DNA of 64,000 bases from an uncultured delta proteobacterium (GTDB lineage: Bacteria > Myxococcota_A > Polyangia > Fen-1088), in NCBI GenBank assembly GCA_963767925.1, contig CAVYGB010000010.1, positions 1,728,001-1,792,000 on the forward strand, in the 5' to 3' direction. How positions within the stretch are numbered: the stretch's first letter is position 1; the number at the start of each line of letters is the position of its first letter. A program made the translations under genes and the position numbers. Shown piece by piece: positions 12,671 through 22,796 of the stretch. The notes under the pieces were generated by a model. It worked only from the letters and a program-made list of their open reading frames with translations, was not told the origin of the DNA and made no database searches.

Positions 12671-13460
12671 ATGCCGCCGTCTGCCCCGGTCGAGCTCCGT
12701 GGGCTCGAGAAGTCTTTCGGAGCGCGGCGAGCGGTCGACGGGCTCACGCTGGAGGTTGCCGCTGGCGAGATATACGGCTTGCTCGGCCCCAACGGGGCCG
12801 GCAAGACCACCGCCTTGCGGATGATCGCGGGCCTGCTCGTCCCCACGGGGGGAATTGTGCGGGTTATGGGGCACGACGTGGCCCGCGACACCGACGCGGC
12901 GAAGGCGACGACTCGGGTTTCTCACCGGAAGCACGGGGCTCTACGCCCGGCTGACCGCCCGCGAGGTCCTGGCCTTCTTCGGTCGGGTCCAGGGGCTGTC
13001 CGACGACGTGCTCGAGCGGCGGATCGGGGAGGTGTCCCGGCAGCTCGCGATCGAGCGGCTGCTCGACCGCCGCTGCGAGGGGCTGTCGACCGGGGAAAAG
13101 CAGCGGGTCTCGGTGGCGCGGGCGGTGCTGCACGACCCCCCCGTCCTCGTGCTCGACGAGCCGACAAATGGCCTCGACGTGCTGGCCAGCCGGTTCCTGC
13201 GCGAGATGGTGCAAGCCGAGCGCAATCGGGGCAAGGCCGTCATCTTCTCCACCCACTACCTGGCGGAGGCCGAGCTGCTCTGCGATCGGATCGGCCTGAT
13301 GCACCGGGGCCGCCTGCTGCGCGAGGGTCCACCCGCCGAGCTGCGGGCCCAGGCCGGGGCCAGCAGCCTGGAAGAGGCCTTCCTCTCGATGGTGGAAGCG
13401 CTGGAAGGCAAGGCCGCGGGCGATGAGCTGGGCGGCGCCCCGCCCGCCCGCGGGGAGTGA
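12671..13460 (+). CDS. ABC transporter ATP-binding protein (NatA-like), frameshift near 12905
   Basis: GPNGAGKTT, LSTGEKQR, LDEPTNGLD, STH. Confidence 0.92.
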
Positions 13461-13467
13461 GGCGGGC

Positions 13468-15466
13468 ATGCGGCCACCCTTCGTTTGGCTGACGCTGGGC
13501 AAGGAGCTGCGCGAGACGCTGCGCGACCGGCGCACCCTCGCCGTCATGGTGCTGTTCCCGCTGGTGATCTACCCGCTGCTGGCCCTGCTGGGGACCCAGC
13601 TCGTGGCCGCCCGCAAGCGCGGCGAGGAGGCCCGCCCCTCGCAGGTGGCGGTGGCGGGCGAGGGGGTCCTGGCCGACCAGGTGCGGGCCCGCCTCGATCG
13701 ATCCCCCAAGCTATTTCGCCGTCACGGCGGCGGCAGCAAGGCCGACGTCGACAGGGGCCAGCTCGACGCCCTCGTCACCGTGGGCAGCGGCACCCGCCCC
13801 GGTCAGGCCAGCGCCGAGATCTCCTTCGACGCCACCCGCAACGAGGGCCGCCTGGCCGAGGAGCGGATCGACGCCGAGCTGGCCGGGATCTGGCCCGCCG
13901 GCTGCGCCCCCCAGTACGACATCCAGCGCGACAACCTCGCGCCCGCCACCCGCACCAGCGGCTACCTGCTGTCGAAGGTGCTGCCCCTCATGATCCTCCT
14001 GATGGTCCTGCTGGGGGCCTTCTACCCGGCCATCGACGTCACCGCCGGCGAGCGCGAGCGGGGCACGCTGGAGACCGTGCTGCTCGGCGCCCATCCCCCG
14101 CCTGCACCTGCTGGCGGGCAAGGTGCTGGCGGTGACGGTGCTGGCCAGCGTGTCGGGGCTGCTCAACCTCGTGTCGATGAGCCTGGCCCTGGTCCAGGTG
14201 GTCAACCTGGCGGCGCCCGCCTCCGAGCTGCCCGTCCCCTGGATCCGGGCCGCCGCCACCGGGCTGGTGGTGGTGCCGACCGCCTTCTTGCTGGCGGCGG
14301 TGTTCGTGGCGGTGGGCTCGCTCGCCCGCGGATTCAAGGAGGCCCAGAACCTCCTGATGCCGGTCTACTTCCTGTTCTTCGCCCCGGCCATGCTGGGGGC
14401 GATGGGCGAGCTGCCGCTGTCGCCTGGCCTGGCCCTGGTGCCGGGCCTCAACGTCAGCCTGCTGGCCCGGGACATCGCCGTCGGCAAGGCCGGCCTGGGG
14501 ACCATCGTCCTGGTGCTGGCCGCGACCGTGGCCTGCGGCATGGTGGCGCTGCTGGCGGCGGCGCGCCTGTACGTCTCCGAACGCTTTCTCGCCGCGGCCG
14601 ATCCCGAGTCGGGAGCGACCCGCCGCGCCCGGGGCGGGCCGCTGCGCCTCCGGCCCCCCTCGTCGGGTGACGCCCTGGCGATGTTCGCGGTCGGCTACCT
14701 GCTGCTGTATTTCGTGCTCATCCCCCTGCAGCGGCAGGCGCTGATCCGGGGGCTGCTCATCTCGCAGTGGCTGGGGCTGTTCGGGCTGTCGCTGCTGTAC
14801 GCGGTCGTCACCCGCCGCCCGCCCGCCCAGGCCTTCGCGCTGCGCGCGCCCCCCGCGCCGGCCTGGGCCGGGGCCGCGCTGATGGCGCTGGGGGGCTGGA
14901 TGGTCGCGAACCTGATCGGGCAGTGGGTGTTGCCGCCGCCGCCCGAATACATCGAGGCGTTCCGGCGCATGTTGTTCCCCGAGACCCTGCGGCGCGGCCT
15001 GCTGGTGAGCCTGTTTCTGTTCGCCGCCACGCCCGCGATCTGCGAGGAGCTCTTCTTCCGCGGGCTGATCCTGCGGGGGCTGATGACCCGCATGGCGCCC
15101 GGCACGGCCATCGCGCTGTGCGCGGCGATGTTCGGCATCTACCACGTCGACGTCTACCGCCTGATCCCCACCGCGCTGCTCGGCGGGATGCTCGGGTTCA
15201 TCGCCTGGCGCAGCGGCTCGGTCGGGCCGGCCATGCTGGCTCACTTCCTCAACAACGCGGTGCTGGTCCTGCTCGGATCGGCCGGGCTCGATCGCCGCCT
15301 CGACGCGCTCGGGACGCCGGCCAAGGCCGGAATGCTGGTGGTGGCGAGCCTGCTGGTGGGGCTCGGCGTCTCGGTCTTGATGCGTGTGGTGCCTCCGCCG
15401 CCGGGAGATCCGGGGGATCACCCCCCGATCGGGGGCCCACCAGGGCCTGAAGATTCATCGCGTTAA
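13468..15466 (+). CDS. ABC-2/NatB-like permease fused to CAAX-protease (CPBP/Abi) domain, frameshift near 14090
   Basis: KELRETLRDRRTL, AGERERGTLE, then EELFFRG, FGIYH, AHFLNN. Confidence 0.88.
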
Positions 15467-15482
15467 TGTATTGTTCCTGACA
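15467..15482. promoter_or_regulatory. CRP-like site TGTAT-N6-TGACA upstream of the CRP/FNR gene
   Basis: TGT-N10-ACA dyad in an AT-rich patch 46 bp before the ATG. Confidence 0.45.
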
Positions 15483-15528
15483 ATTCTCAGTTGTGGACGG
15501 AGTCTGCCTTCTGCTACACAAGGGCGTC

Positions 15529-16224
15529 ATGCCAACGGCCGAAGAAAAGCGAATCCTCGGCGTCCTGAGAAAATCCCCCGCTCTCGTCGAGGCGCCTGCC
15601 GAGTCCCTGAACAAGCTGATGGCCGGCGCGCAGTTCGCGACCTACCGCGCCCGTCAGGTGGTGTACCTCCCCGGAGACCGCGCCTCCGGTGTCTATTTCG
15701 TCGGCAATGGCCGGGTGAAGATCTCCAAGGTGACCCGCGACGGCAAGGAGCTCACCCTCGCCTACCGGGCCACCGGCGACTTCTTCGGCGAGACCTGCCT
15801 GCTCGACGGCGGCCCCCGCGAGGAGATGGTCGAGGCCATGGAGCCTTGCACGGCCGTCGAGATCCCGCAGGACCAGCTCGACCAGCTGCTGAAGACCAAC
15901 GTCGACGTCGCTTACCCCTTGATCCGAACCTTGATCACGCGCCGGCGTGACCTGGAGGCCAAGGTCGAGCAGCTCATCTTCAAGGACGTCGGGTCCAAGC
16001 TGGCGGAGCTGCTGCTGCGCCTCGGCTCCGAGCACGGGATCGAGAACAAGAAGGGCCTGGTCCTGGGGCTGAAGATCACCCACCAGGAGATGGCCAACCT
16101 GATCGGGTCGACGCGCGAGACGGTGTCGCTGACGCTGTCCCAGTTCAAGCGCAAGGGCTACATCACGACCGAAGGCCGCAAGGTCATCCTCGCCGACACC
16201 GAAGGCCTGCGGGCTCTGGCCTAG
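15529..16224 (+). CDS. CRP/FNR-family transcriptional regulator
   Basis: cNMP-binding GDFFGE...PR, HTH THQEMANLIGSTRETVS. Confidence 0.95.
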   Translation: MPTAEEKRILGVLRKSPALVEAPAESLNKLMAGAQFATYRARQVVYLPGDRASGVYFVGNGRVKISKVTRDGKELTLAYRATGDFFGETCLLDGGPREEMVEAMEPCTAVEIPQDQLDQLLKTNVDVAYPLIRTLITRRRDLEAKVEQLIFKDVGSKLAELLLRLGSEHGIENKKGLVLGLKITHQEMANLIGSTRETVSLTLSQFKRKGYITTEGRKVILADTEGLRALA

Positions 16225-16236
16225 CAGCCCCTACGT

Positions 16237-16285
16237 CGGAGCCCCTCACCCCTCCCTCTCCCCGCTGCCGCGGGACGAGGGCGAA
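16237..16285 (+). repeat. REP-like palindromic repeat between convergent genes
   Basis: 47/49 identical to reverse complement of 25389-25437. Confidence 0.85.
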
Positions 16286-16313
16286 TAGCCGGCGGAGGTG
16301 CCTCGGTCAGCGC

Positions 16314-16679
16314 TCAGGGGGCGCGGTAGAGGAACAGCGGCAGCACGGGGGCCGCATCGTAGGCCAGGCCGATCGGGCGTGGCCGGGCGTGGGGCGCCCA
16401 GGCCGGCTCGGCCCAGAGGCGATCGCCGGGCAGCAGTCCGTGGGAGCGCGGGTGGCGGCGCGGATCGAAGCTTCGCTCCGGTGTCATCCGCTCGAGGCGG
16501 TACATCCGCTCCATGCCGGTGCTCTGGCAGCGGCGGGGCAGCGGGCGCTCGACGTTGAACAGCGCCACCGTGCCCCAGTACCCAAAGGCCAGCAGGCCCA
16601 GGCCGAGCAGCGCGCGCGGCTGCTGCCAGCGGGGTCGTCCGGTTCGATACCGCGTTCGATTCGGCGCCGTCCCCATCAT
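16314..16679 (-). CDS. hypothetical single-TM protein
   Basis: ATG 5 bp after PLD stop; hydrophobic ALLGLGLLAFGYWGTVALF. Confidence 0.55.
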   Translation of the reverse strand: MMGTAPNRTRYRTGRPRWQQPRALLGLGLLAFGYWGTVALFNVERPLPRRCQSTGMERMYRLERMTPERSFDPRRHPRSHGLLPGDRLWAEPAWAPHARPRPIGLAYDAAPVLPLFLYRAP

Positions 16680-16684
16680 GTCGG

Positions 16685-18346
16685 CTAGCCTAGCGCCGCG
16701 GTCCCGGAGCGTCCACCGCGCCGGCGCGGAGCCGATGGGCGTTCCCCGCGCACACGCTCCCACAGCTCGCGGATCCCGATGCGAAACAGCGAGCGCTGCT
16801 GGGCCGCCTCCGCCACGTCCGGGTCCAGCTCGGACTCGGGGTCGAAGGGGAGGGCCCGGGGATCGATCAGGGTCAGCGCCCGGGCCTGCTCGGCGGTGGG
16901 CGGGGGCAGGCTGCGCAGGCGACCTTGACCACGCGCCACCAGGCCGTCGAGGTATTCCACCAGCCCCCCGACCCGGGCCAGCGCCCGCACCCGGGCCGCG
17001 CCCTGAGCCCCGAGGTGCTCGGCCAGCAGGCTCACCCGCACGCGGCGAACCGCCCGCACCAGGGCGGGGTTGGCGCCAGGCAGGCCCTCCCAGGAGGCGT
17101 TGAGCTCGGTGTCGAGGTCCATGCTGCGGTTGGTGAAGTTGGCCGAGCCCACGTTCAGGTAGCGGTCATCGACGATGGTCAGCTTGGAATGGATGTACGT
17201 GGCCTTCTCCCGGCGCCCGTTGCCCTTGCGACCGCCCTCGCCCCGGGGCGCGCCGTTCGCCGACACAGCGGCCACCGAGTAGTAGGCCCCGAGGCGGTTG
17301 CCGGTCTCGCGCGCGACCCGGCGCAGGCATTCCATGTTCTGGGCCTGGCGCAGGCCCACCGCGATCTCCTCCTTGACCGCCTCGGCCCGCTGGTTGAGGA
17401 CCAGGACCACCTCGAGGGGTCCGCGCCGGCCGCGGCGGGGGGCGCGCAGGCGCCGCTCGAGGCTCTCGCACAGGCGCCGGCTGCTGAAGTACTGGGTCTC
17501 GATGTAGATGAGATCCTCGCTGGCCGCGATGGCGTCTTCGAGCTGGGTCCGGATCTCGAAGGCCGACTCCCGGGCGGTCTTGCGCGGGTCGGTGCGGCTG
17601 AGGGCCACCCGGCCCGCGGGCATCGTCAGAGCGCCGCGCGGCTGGTAGCGGCGGGCGGTGGGCGGCGGCGGGCAGGGGCGCAGCCGCAGGGGATCGCCCC
17701 CCGAGCGCTTCCAGCGCTCGCAGAACAGCTCGGACAGCGCGCTGCCCACCGCCGGACCGGAGAAGTAGGCCTGCACGTCGTGGTACGGCTTCTGGGGCCG
17801 GCCCCGGGTCAGGCGGGAGGGGTTGCTGGCCAGGTGGCGGCGGTCGTCCCAGCGCGACTCGCACAGGTCGATCCCCCCGAGAAAAGAGAGCCAGCCGTCG
17901 ATGACCACGAACTTCTGGTGGTGACAGCCGCCCGGCGGGTGGCAATCGTCGAACCGGAAGCGCAGCCGTTCGTGGGTGGCCCAGTGAAAATACATCTGCT
18001 GCATCCACTCGCGCTCGAGGGCGAACACGACGTGGAAGTCCCAGGCGAGGACGTACACCTCCAGCTCGGGACGGATCTGACACAGGTGATCGAGCAGCTT
18101 GAGCAGCCGGACCTCACCCCCCACGGGGGCGGCCAGCTTCACGTCTTCGTCCCGCAGGAGCTGCACGCCGCGGTCGAACTGCCAGCCAGACAGGATGATG
18201 TGGCGCCGGGCCTGCAACGCCGCCTTGTAGAAGGCGGCGTAGTAGTCCTTGGCGTCGACCAGGAGGCCGCATCGGTCCGCGCGCGGTTGCTTCCAGGCGT
18301 TGCGGCCTGGCGCGACGATGCGGCCTCGGGGTCGATTGGATGCCAC
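16685..18346 (-). CDS. phospholipase D family protein
   Basis: Two HKD motifs: HHQKFVVID and HSKLTIVDD...GSANF. Confidence 0.93.
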   Translation of the reverse strand: MASNRPRGRIVAPGRNAWKQPRADRCGLLVDAKDYYAAFYKAALQARRHIILSGWQFDRGVQLLRDEDVKLAAPVGGEVRLLKLLDHLCQIRPELEVYVLAWDFHVVFALEREWMQQMYFHWATHERLRFRFDDCHPPGGCHHQKFVVIDGWLSFLGGIDLCESRWDDRRHLASNPSRLTRGRPQKPYHDVQAYFSGPAVGSALSELFCERWKRSGGDPLRLRPCPPPPTARRYQPRGALTMPAGRVALSRTDPRKTARESAFEIRTQLEDAIAASEDLIYIETQYFSSRRLCESLERRLRAPRRGRRGPLEVVLVLNQRAEAVKEEIAVGLRQAQNMECLRRVARETGNRLGAYYSVAAVSANGAPRGEGGRKGNGRREKATYIHSKLTIVDDRYLNVGSANFTNRSMDLDTELNASWEGLPGANPALVRAVRRVRVSLLAEHLGAQGAARVRALARVGGLVEYLDGLVARGQGRLRSLPPPTAEQARALTLIDPRALPFDPESELDPDVAEAAQQRSLFRIGIRELWERVRGERPSAPRRRGGRSGTAALG

Positions 18347-18354
18347 GGGGTCGG

Positions 18355-19065
18355 TTACCGAGCCTCGGGGCCGACCTTGAGCAGGTCGTTCACCTGGCGA
18401 ACGCCGTTGGTGGTCTTGGCGATCTCCACCGCCCGCTTGTGGGCGGCCTCGGAGGGCACCGTCCCGCGCAGGGTGATCACGCCGTCTCGCTCGGAGTCGA
18501 CGTTGATCTGGTGGGCCTTGACCAGGTCATCGGCGGCCAGCTTCACCTTGACCGAGGCGCTGATCAGCGGGTCGATCTTGTCGTTGGCCCGGCCCGTCTC
18601 GGTGGCCGGCGGCGGCAGGGTGCCGGTCCGATCGACGTGCACCTTGGCGGCCTCGGCCTGGCGATCGACGCTCTCCTTGCTGGCCTCGGCCTGCTTGTCG
18701 ACGTTGTCCTTGGTGGACTCGGCGCGCTGATCGATCCGCTCCTTCTCGGTGGAGGCGCGCTCCTCGACCCGGGCCTTGGCCTTGTCGGGGTCGACCTCCA
18801 GCGTGTTGGTCACGGTTGTCACGCCCTTGACCTTGGCCAGCTTGGCGGCCTTGGCCTTCTCGGTCGCGGTGGCGACCTCGCCGGTCAAGGTGGCCACGCC
18901 GTTCTCCACGTCCACGTCGACGTGGCCGAGCTTGCTCGCCTTGAGCCGCGCGTCGATCCGGTCCTCGATGGTGTCGTCGGTCGAGCCGGCCCGAGCCCCG
19001 GACGAGACACCGAGTCCGAGAGTCAGAGCGAAAGCGGTCGCCACGAACAGCCGTTGCATACGCAT
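18355..19065 (-). CDS. BON-domain (OsmY-like) periplasmic protein
   Basis: Signal peptide; two BON repeats (VDVENGVATLTG; INVDSERDGVITLRG...GVRQVNDLL). Confidence 0.92.
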   Translation of the reverse strand: MRMQRLFVATAFALTLGLGVSSGARAGSTDDTIEDRIDARLKASKLGHVDVDVENGVATLTGEVATATEKAKAAKLAKVKGVTTVTNTLEVDPDKAKARVEERASTEKERIDQRAESTKDNVDKQAEASKESVDRQAEAAKVHVDRTGTLPPPATETGRANDKIDPLISASVKVKLAADDLVKAHQINVDSERDGVITLRGTVPSEAAHKRAVEIAKTTNGVRQVNDLLKVGPEAR

Positions 19066-19191
19066 TTTACGTTCCTCCACAGAGTTGTTGACGGAAGGAA
19101 GGTAATGCCGGCACGGACAGGCGCTACCCCGGGGGACCACTCAGAAGCGCCCCCGTCAGTAGGGGCGCGGTGATCGGGGTCGGCGGCGCCG

Positions 19192-20175
19192 TCAGATCCG
19201 TGACGCCGGGTGCGACTCGGCGGTCGACAACCACATGCGCACCATCAGCCGCCGGGCGTCGTGGCCGCTGTCATCGAAGGGGCGGCGGTTGTGGGCGATG
19301 AGGTTGTTGTTCACGAACAACATGTCGCCGCGTCTCATCTGGAACTGCATGCAGGCTGCGGGATCGCGCAGGGCCTGGTCCAGGCGATCGAGGGCGAGCT
19401 GCTGGGCGGGGCGCAGGGCCAGCTCGGCCTGGCGGTAGCCGGTCTCGATGCCCGCGCGGGCGTAGTCGAAGCGCAGGCCGATGGCCCCGTCCTGGTGGGC
19501 GAACACCGGGCGGCTCGATCGATCGTACAAGGTGCCGTCGCTCTCCCGGATCCAGGGGGCGTAGAGCTCGTCGATCAGGTGGCCATAGCGATCCCACAAC
19601 AGGTCGCGCGCGCGCAGGGCACTGCTGAGCTGATATTCGCCGCCCTGGCGGGCCGGGCGCAGGCACAAGGTGCCGACCAGATCCGGCACCTCGCCCCCCG
19701 CGTTGCTGTCGGTGTGAAAGGCGGTCTCGGCCTGGGGGCAGCGGCCCAGCACGTCCATCGGGCGCGAGCAGGTGTCGCGGGGGGTGATGTCGAGCAACAA
19801 CGTGGAGCTCGAGACGGGGGCGCCGAGCTGCAGGCCGATCAGCAAGTAGGCCCAGCGCAAGACCTCGTCGGGCAGGTCGACCTCCGGCGAGCAGAGCCCC
19901 ACCACGTAGACGATGCCGCTGCCACCCACCAGCTCGCCGAGGAGCTGCTCGCCGAACAGGTTCAGATCGCTGGGCGGCCACTTCAGGCGGGCGACGGTCT
20001 CGTAGCGCTGCCCGGAGCGGGCCAGCGACCGACACAGATCGAGCAGCTCCGGCTTGAAGGTGCGGGGAAGGACCGAGAACCAGAGCGAGGAGCGAGAGAT
20101 CAGCTCCCGCCGCGACCACCCCCAGGGAGGGAGGATGGAAGGAACGGAGGCCTGGAAGGGAGGACGCCCGAGCAT
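19192..20175 (-). CDS. TauD/TfdA-family Fe(II)/2OG dioxygenase
   Basis: FHTD, LCLRPA..GG, GDMLFVNN..IAHNR. Confidence 0.85.
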   Translation of the reverse strand: MLGRPPFQASVPSILPPWGWSRRELISRSSLWFSVLPRTFKPELLDLCRSLARSGQRYETVARLKWPPSDLNLFGEQLLGELVGGSGIVYVVGLCSPEVDLPDEVLRWAYLLIGLQLGAPVSSSTLLLDITPRDTCSRPMDVLGRCPQAETAFHTDSNAGGEVPDLVGTLCLRPARQGGEYQLSSALRARDLLWDRYGHLIDELYAPWIRESDGTLYDRSSRPVFAHQDGAIGLRFDYARAGIETGYRQAELALRPAQQLALDRLDQALRDPAACMQFQMRRGDMLFVNNNLIAHNRRPFDDSGHDARRLMVRMWLSTAESHPASRI

Positions 20176-20446
20176 GGCAGCCCTTGTGCTGCCATTACCT
20201 TACGCTCATTTACCAGGCCCCGACAAGACAACTCGGCCAGGCCCCGAGTCGTCGGAGTCGCTGAAGAGCGCTGCGGGCTCTCGAGAAGAGGGCCTTCGGG
20301 CGGCCAGGCAATCGCGGATCGATTACCGACGATTACACGGTCGCCGGTCGAGCGCTCGATTGGCGCGGGCGCGCGGCCGATCCGACGCAGGCGCGCGCTC
20401 GCTCGAGTCGCGGGCGCGCGGGGATCGGGCGCGGGCGGGCCGGGGT

Positions 20447-20854
20447 TTACCAGCCGCCGCGGCGACCGCGGCCCTCGACACCCTCGCGGCCGGCTTCGCG
20501 GCCGCGGCCGCCCCCACCGCCCCCACCGCCGGCGTAGCCGCCGCCGGGCTCACCTCCCCAGCCACCACCCCCACCGGCGCCCGCACCGCCGCCGGCGCGA
20601 GGCGCGCGCGCGCGGGCCTCGCCGACGTTGATGGGGCGGCCCGAGACCTCGCGCCCGTTGAGGGTCTGGATGGCCTGGCTGGCGTGGTCGTCGCTGGCCA
20701 TCTCGACGAAGGCGAAGCCACGGGAGCGGCCCGTGTCTCGATCCGTCACGACCTTGACCTCGACGACGTTCCTCCCACCCTCCTCGAACACCTCTCGCAG
20801 CTCCTGCTCCGTAACCCTGTAGGACAGATTCCCGACGAAGAGCCTCGTTCCCAT
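20447..20854 (-). CDS. RRM RNA-binding protein with Gly-rich tail
   Basis: LFVGNL (RNP2), RGFAFVEM (RNP1). Confidence 0.95.
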   Translation of the reverse strand: MGTRLFVGNLSYRVTEQELREVFEEGGRNVVEVKVVTDRDTGRSRGFAFVEMASDDHASQAIQTLNGREVSGRPINVGEARARAPRAGGGAGAGGGGGWGGEPGGGYAGGGGGGGGRGREAGREGVEGRGRRGGW

Positions 20855-20980
20855 GGCGTTCTCTCCTTCACTTGCTGCTGCCCGGACAGCACGTGGGGCC
20901 GGCCGCCGGATTTTCGAGAAATGCACAGCGACCGGTCGCTACATCAGTCCGCCTTTCGGACACTCAGGGGGGCCAGGGCA

Positions 20981-21152
20981 GAGGCTAGTGCACCGCTCGC
21001 GAAATATCGTCAAGGCTGCGCCGACGATCCTGCGCCCCCGCTTCGTTGCTCCTCCTCGGAATATGCCGGATATTCGTCGTCGTCGCGCCTCGCGGGGCCG
21101 CAGGCTTGTCGGCGGATCCTTGACGCTATTTCGAGAGCGGTGCACTAGTCTT
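20981..21152 (+). ncRNA. candidate structured RNA or MITE: 61-bp imperfect inverted repeat with 50-nt loop
   Basis: 20981-21041 pairs with 21092-21152; 52/61 Watson-Crick pairs plus 3 G.U pairs on the + strand. Confidence 0.5.
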
Positions 21153-21471
21153 CGGGCGTGACAGTCGGGGTGGGAGTCCGGCGCCTCTGAACGGTCTCGC
21201 TGGCGAGACCGGAAGTGCACAGCCACGCGACGCGGGAAGCACGACCAAGAACCCGATGTAGGTCTTCGACGGTATCAGCGCACGTTGACCCTGTCGAGGG
21301 CTTTGTTTCCACATGCACCCCGTTGTCGCTTCGTTGTCGGTTGGTCGTATTTTCGTTCTCGTCTCGTTCGGGGGCTCGTTGACGAATTTGCGACAAAGAA
21401 CGGTACTGGCCCGTACGGGGAAGGCGGGGAAGTTCAAGCGGCCCGCGCTTTATGTCGAGCTTGCCTGGACG

Positions 21472-22683
21472 ATGAAGCGGATCCTGTTCGTCGACGACGA
21501 GCCCAATGTCCTCGACGGCTTGCGCAGCTTGCTGCGCAAGCAGCGCAAGCAGTGGGAAATGAGCTTCGTCAACGGAGGCGAGGAGGCCTTGAACGAGCTG
21601 CTCGCCTCCCCCTACGACGTCATCGTGTCGGACATGCGCATGCCGGGGATGGACGGCGCCACCCTGCTGCGCAAGGTCCAGCAGGACTATCCCTACATCG
21701 TGCGCATCGTGCTGTCGGGGCAGACCGAGCAGGAGATCTCGCGCCGCATGGTGCACGTGGCCCACCAGTTCCTGTCAAAGCCGTGTGATGGCCGGGAGCT
21801 GACCCGGGTGATCGACCACGCCTGCCGGCTGCAGGCGCTGCTCGAGCACCCCGCCCTCCGCCAGGCGGTGGCGCAGATCGGCCAGCTCCCGGTCAAACCG
21901 GGCCTCTATTCCCGCCTGGTGCAGGTGCTCGAGAACCCGAGCTCGTCGATGGCCGACGCGGCGGCGGTCGTCGAGCGGGACACCGTCACGGCGCCCCGGA
22001 TGTTGCAGCTGGCGAACTCGACCTCCTTCGGGCTGCCGCAGGCGGTCCCCGACGTCACCAGCGCGGTGACCTTCCTGGGCCCCGAGACCGTCAAGACGCT
22101 CGCGCTGTGGACCGAGGTGCGGCACGCCCAGGCCGTGTCGCCCTGCCCGGGGTACAACCCCGAGCTGGCCCAGGAGCAGAGCCTGCTGGCGGCGCGGATC
22201 GGCCGGCGGTTGATGAGCGACAAGGTGCACGGGCAAGACGCCTTCTCGGCCGCCCTGCTCCGCGACCTCGGCAGCCTGGTCCTGCAGGCCCGCCTGCCCG
22301 AGCAGTTCCGGCGCATCGTGGACCAGGCGCGGGCGAGCCGGCGGCCGATCTTCGAGGTCGAGACCGAGGTGATCGGGGTTTCGCACGCCGAGATCGGGGC
22401 CTATCTGCTGAGCATCTGGGGCCTGCCGTACAGCATCGTGGAGGCGGTGGCCCACCACCAGGCTCCCCAGGCGGCGGGCTCGACAAGCCTCGATACGGTG
22501 TCAGCGGTGCACATCGCCAGCGCGCTGGCCGAGGAGACCCTGCGCATCGACCGCGAGCGGCACGTCGGCTCGGGCATCGGACTCGACATGGGCCTGGTCG
22601 AGACCCTGAACCTCGACGATCAGATGCCGGGCTGGCGGCAGATGGCCGCCGAGGAGGCCCGGCGCAGCGCCCGCACCGGCTGA
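21472..22683 (+). CDS. response regulator with HDOD output domain
   Basis: ILFVDDE, SDMRMPGMDG, FLSKP; HDOD QLANS..FG, LLRDLG, HAEIGAYLL..WGLP..AVAHH. Confidence 0.93.
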   Translation: MKRILFVDDEPNVLDGLRSLLRKQRKQWEMSFVNGGEEALNELLASPYDVIVSDMRMPGMDGATLLRKVQQDYPYIVRIVLSGQTEQEISRRMVHVAHQFLSKPCDGRELTRVIDHACRLQALLEHPALRQAVAQIGQLPVKPGLYSRLVQVLENPSSSMADAAAVVERDTVTAPRMLQLANSTSFGLPQAVPDVTSAVTFLGPETVKTLALWTEVRHAQAVSPCPGYNPELAQEQSLLAARIGRRLMSDKVHGQDAFSAALLRDLGSLVLQARLPEQFRRIVDQARASRRPIFEVETEVIGVSHAEIGAYLLSIWGLPYSIVEAVAHHQAPQAAGSTSLDTVSAVHIASALAEETLRIDRERHVGSGIGLDMGLVETLNLDDQMPGWRQMAAEEARRSARTG

Positions 22684-22796
22684 GCGGCTCGCCGGACCCG
22701 CGCAGCGCGGGAACCCGGCTCTCGTGCGGCGACCGTCGCCAGGCGGCCAGGGACTGTTTTCGAAGTGTCGGGTTCCCTCGCTTCGCTCGGGCCCGA

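Noticed and set aside
15529..16224. Assigning gene symbol mrpC or crp
   Set aside because: Family is clear but orthology cannot be established by eye
20981..21152. 6S RNA
   Set aside because: Similar length, but the stem is continuous and lacks the large central bubble; kept only as a generic ncRNA/MITE candidate
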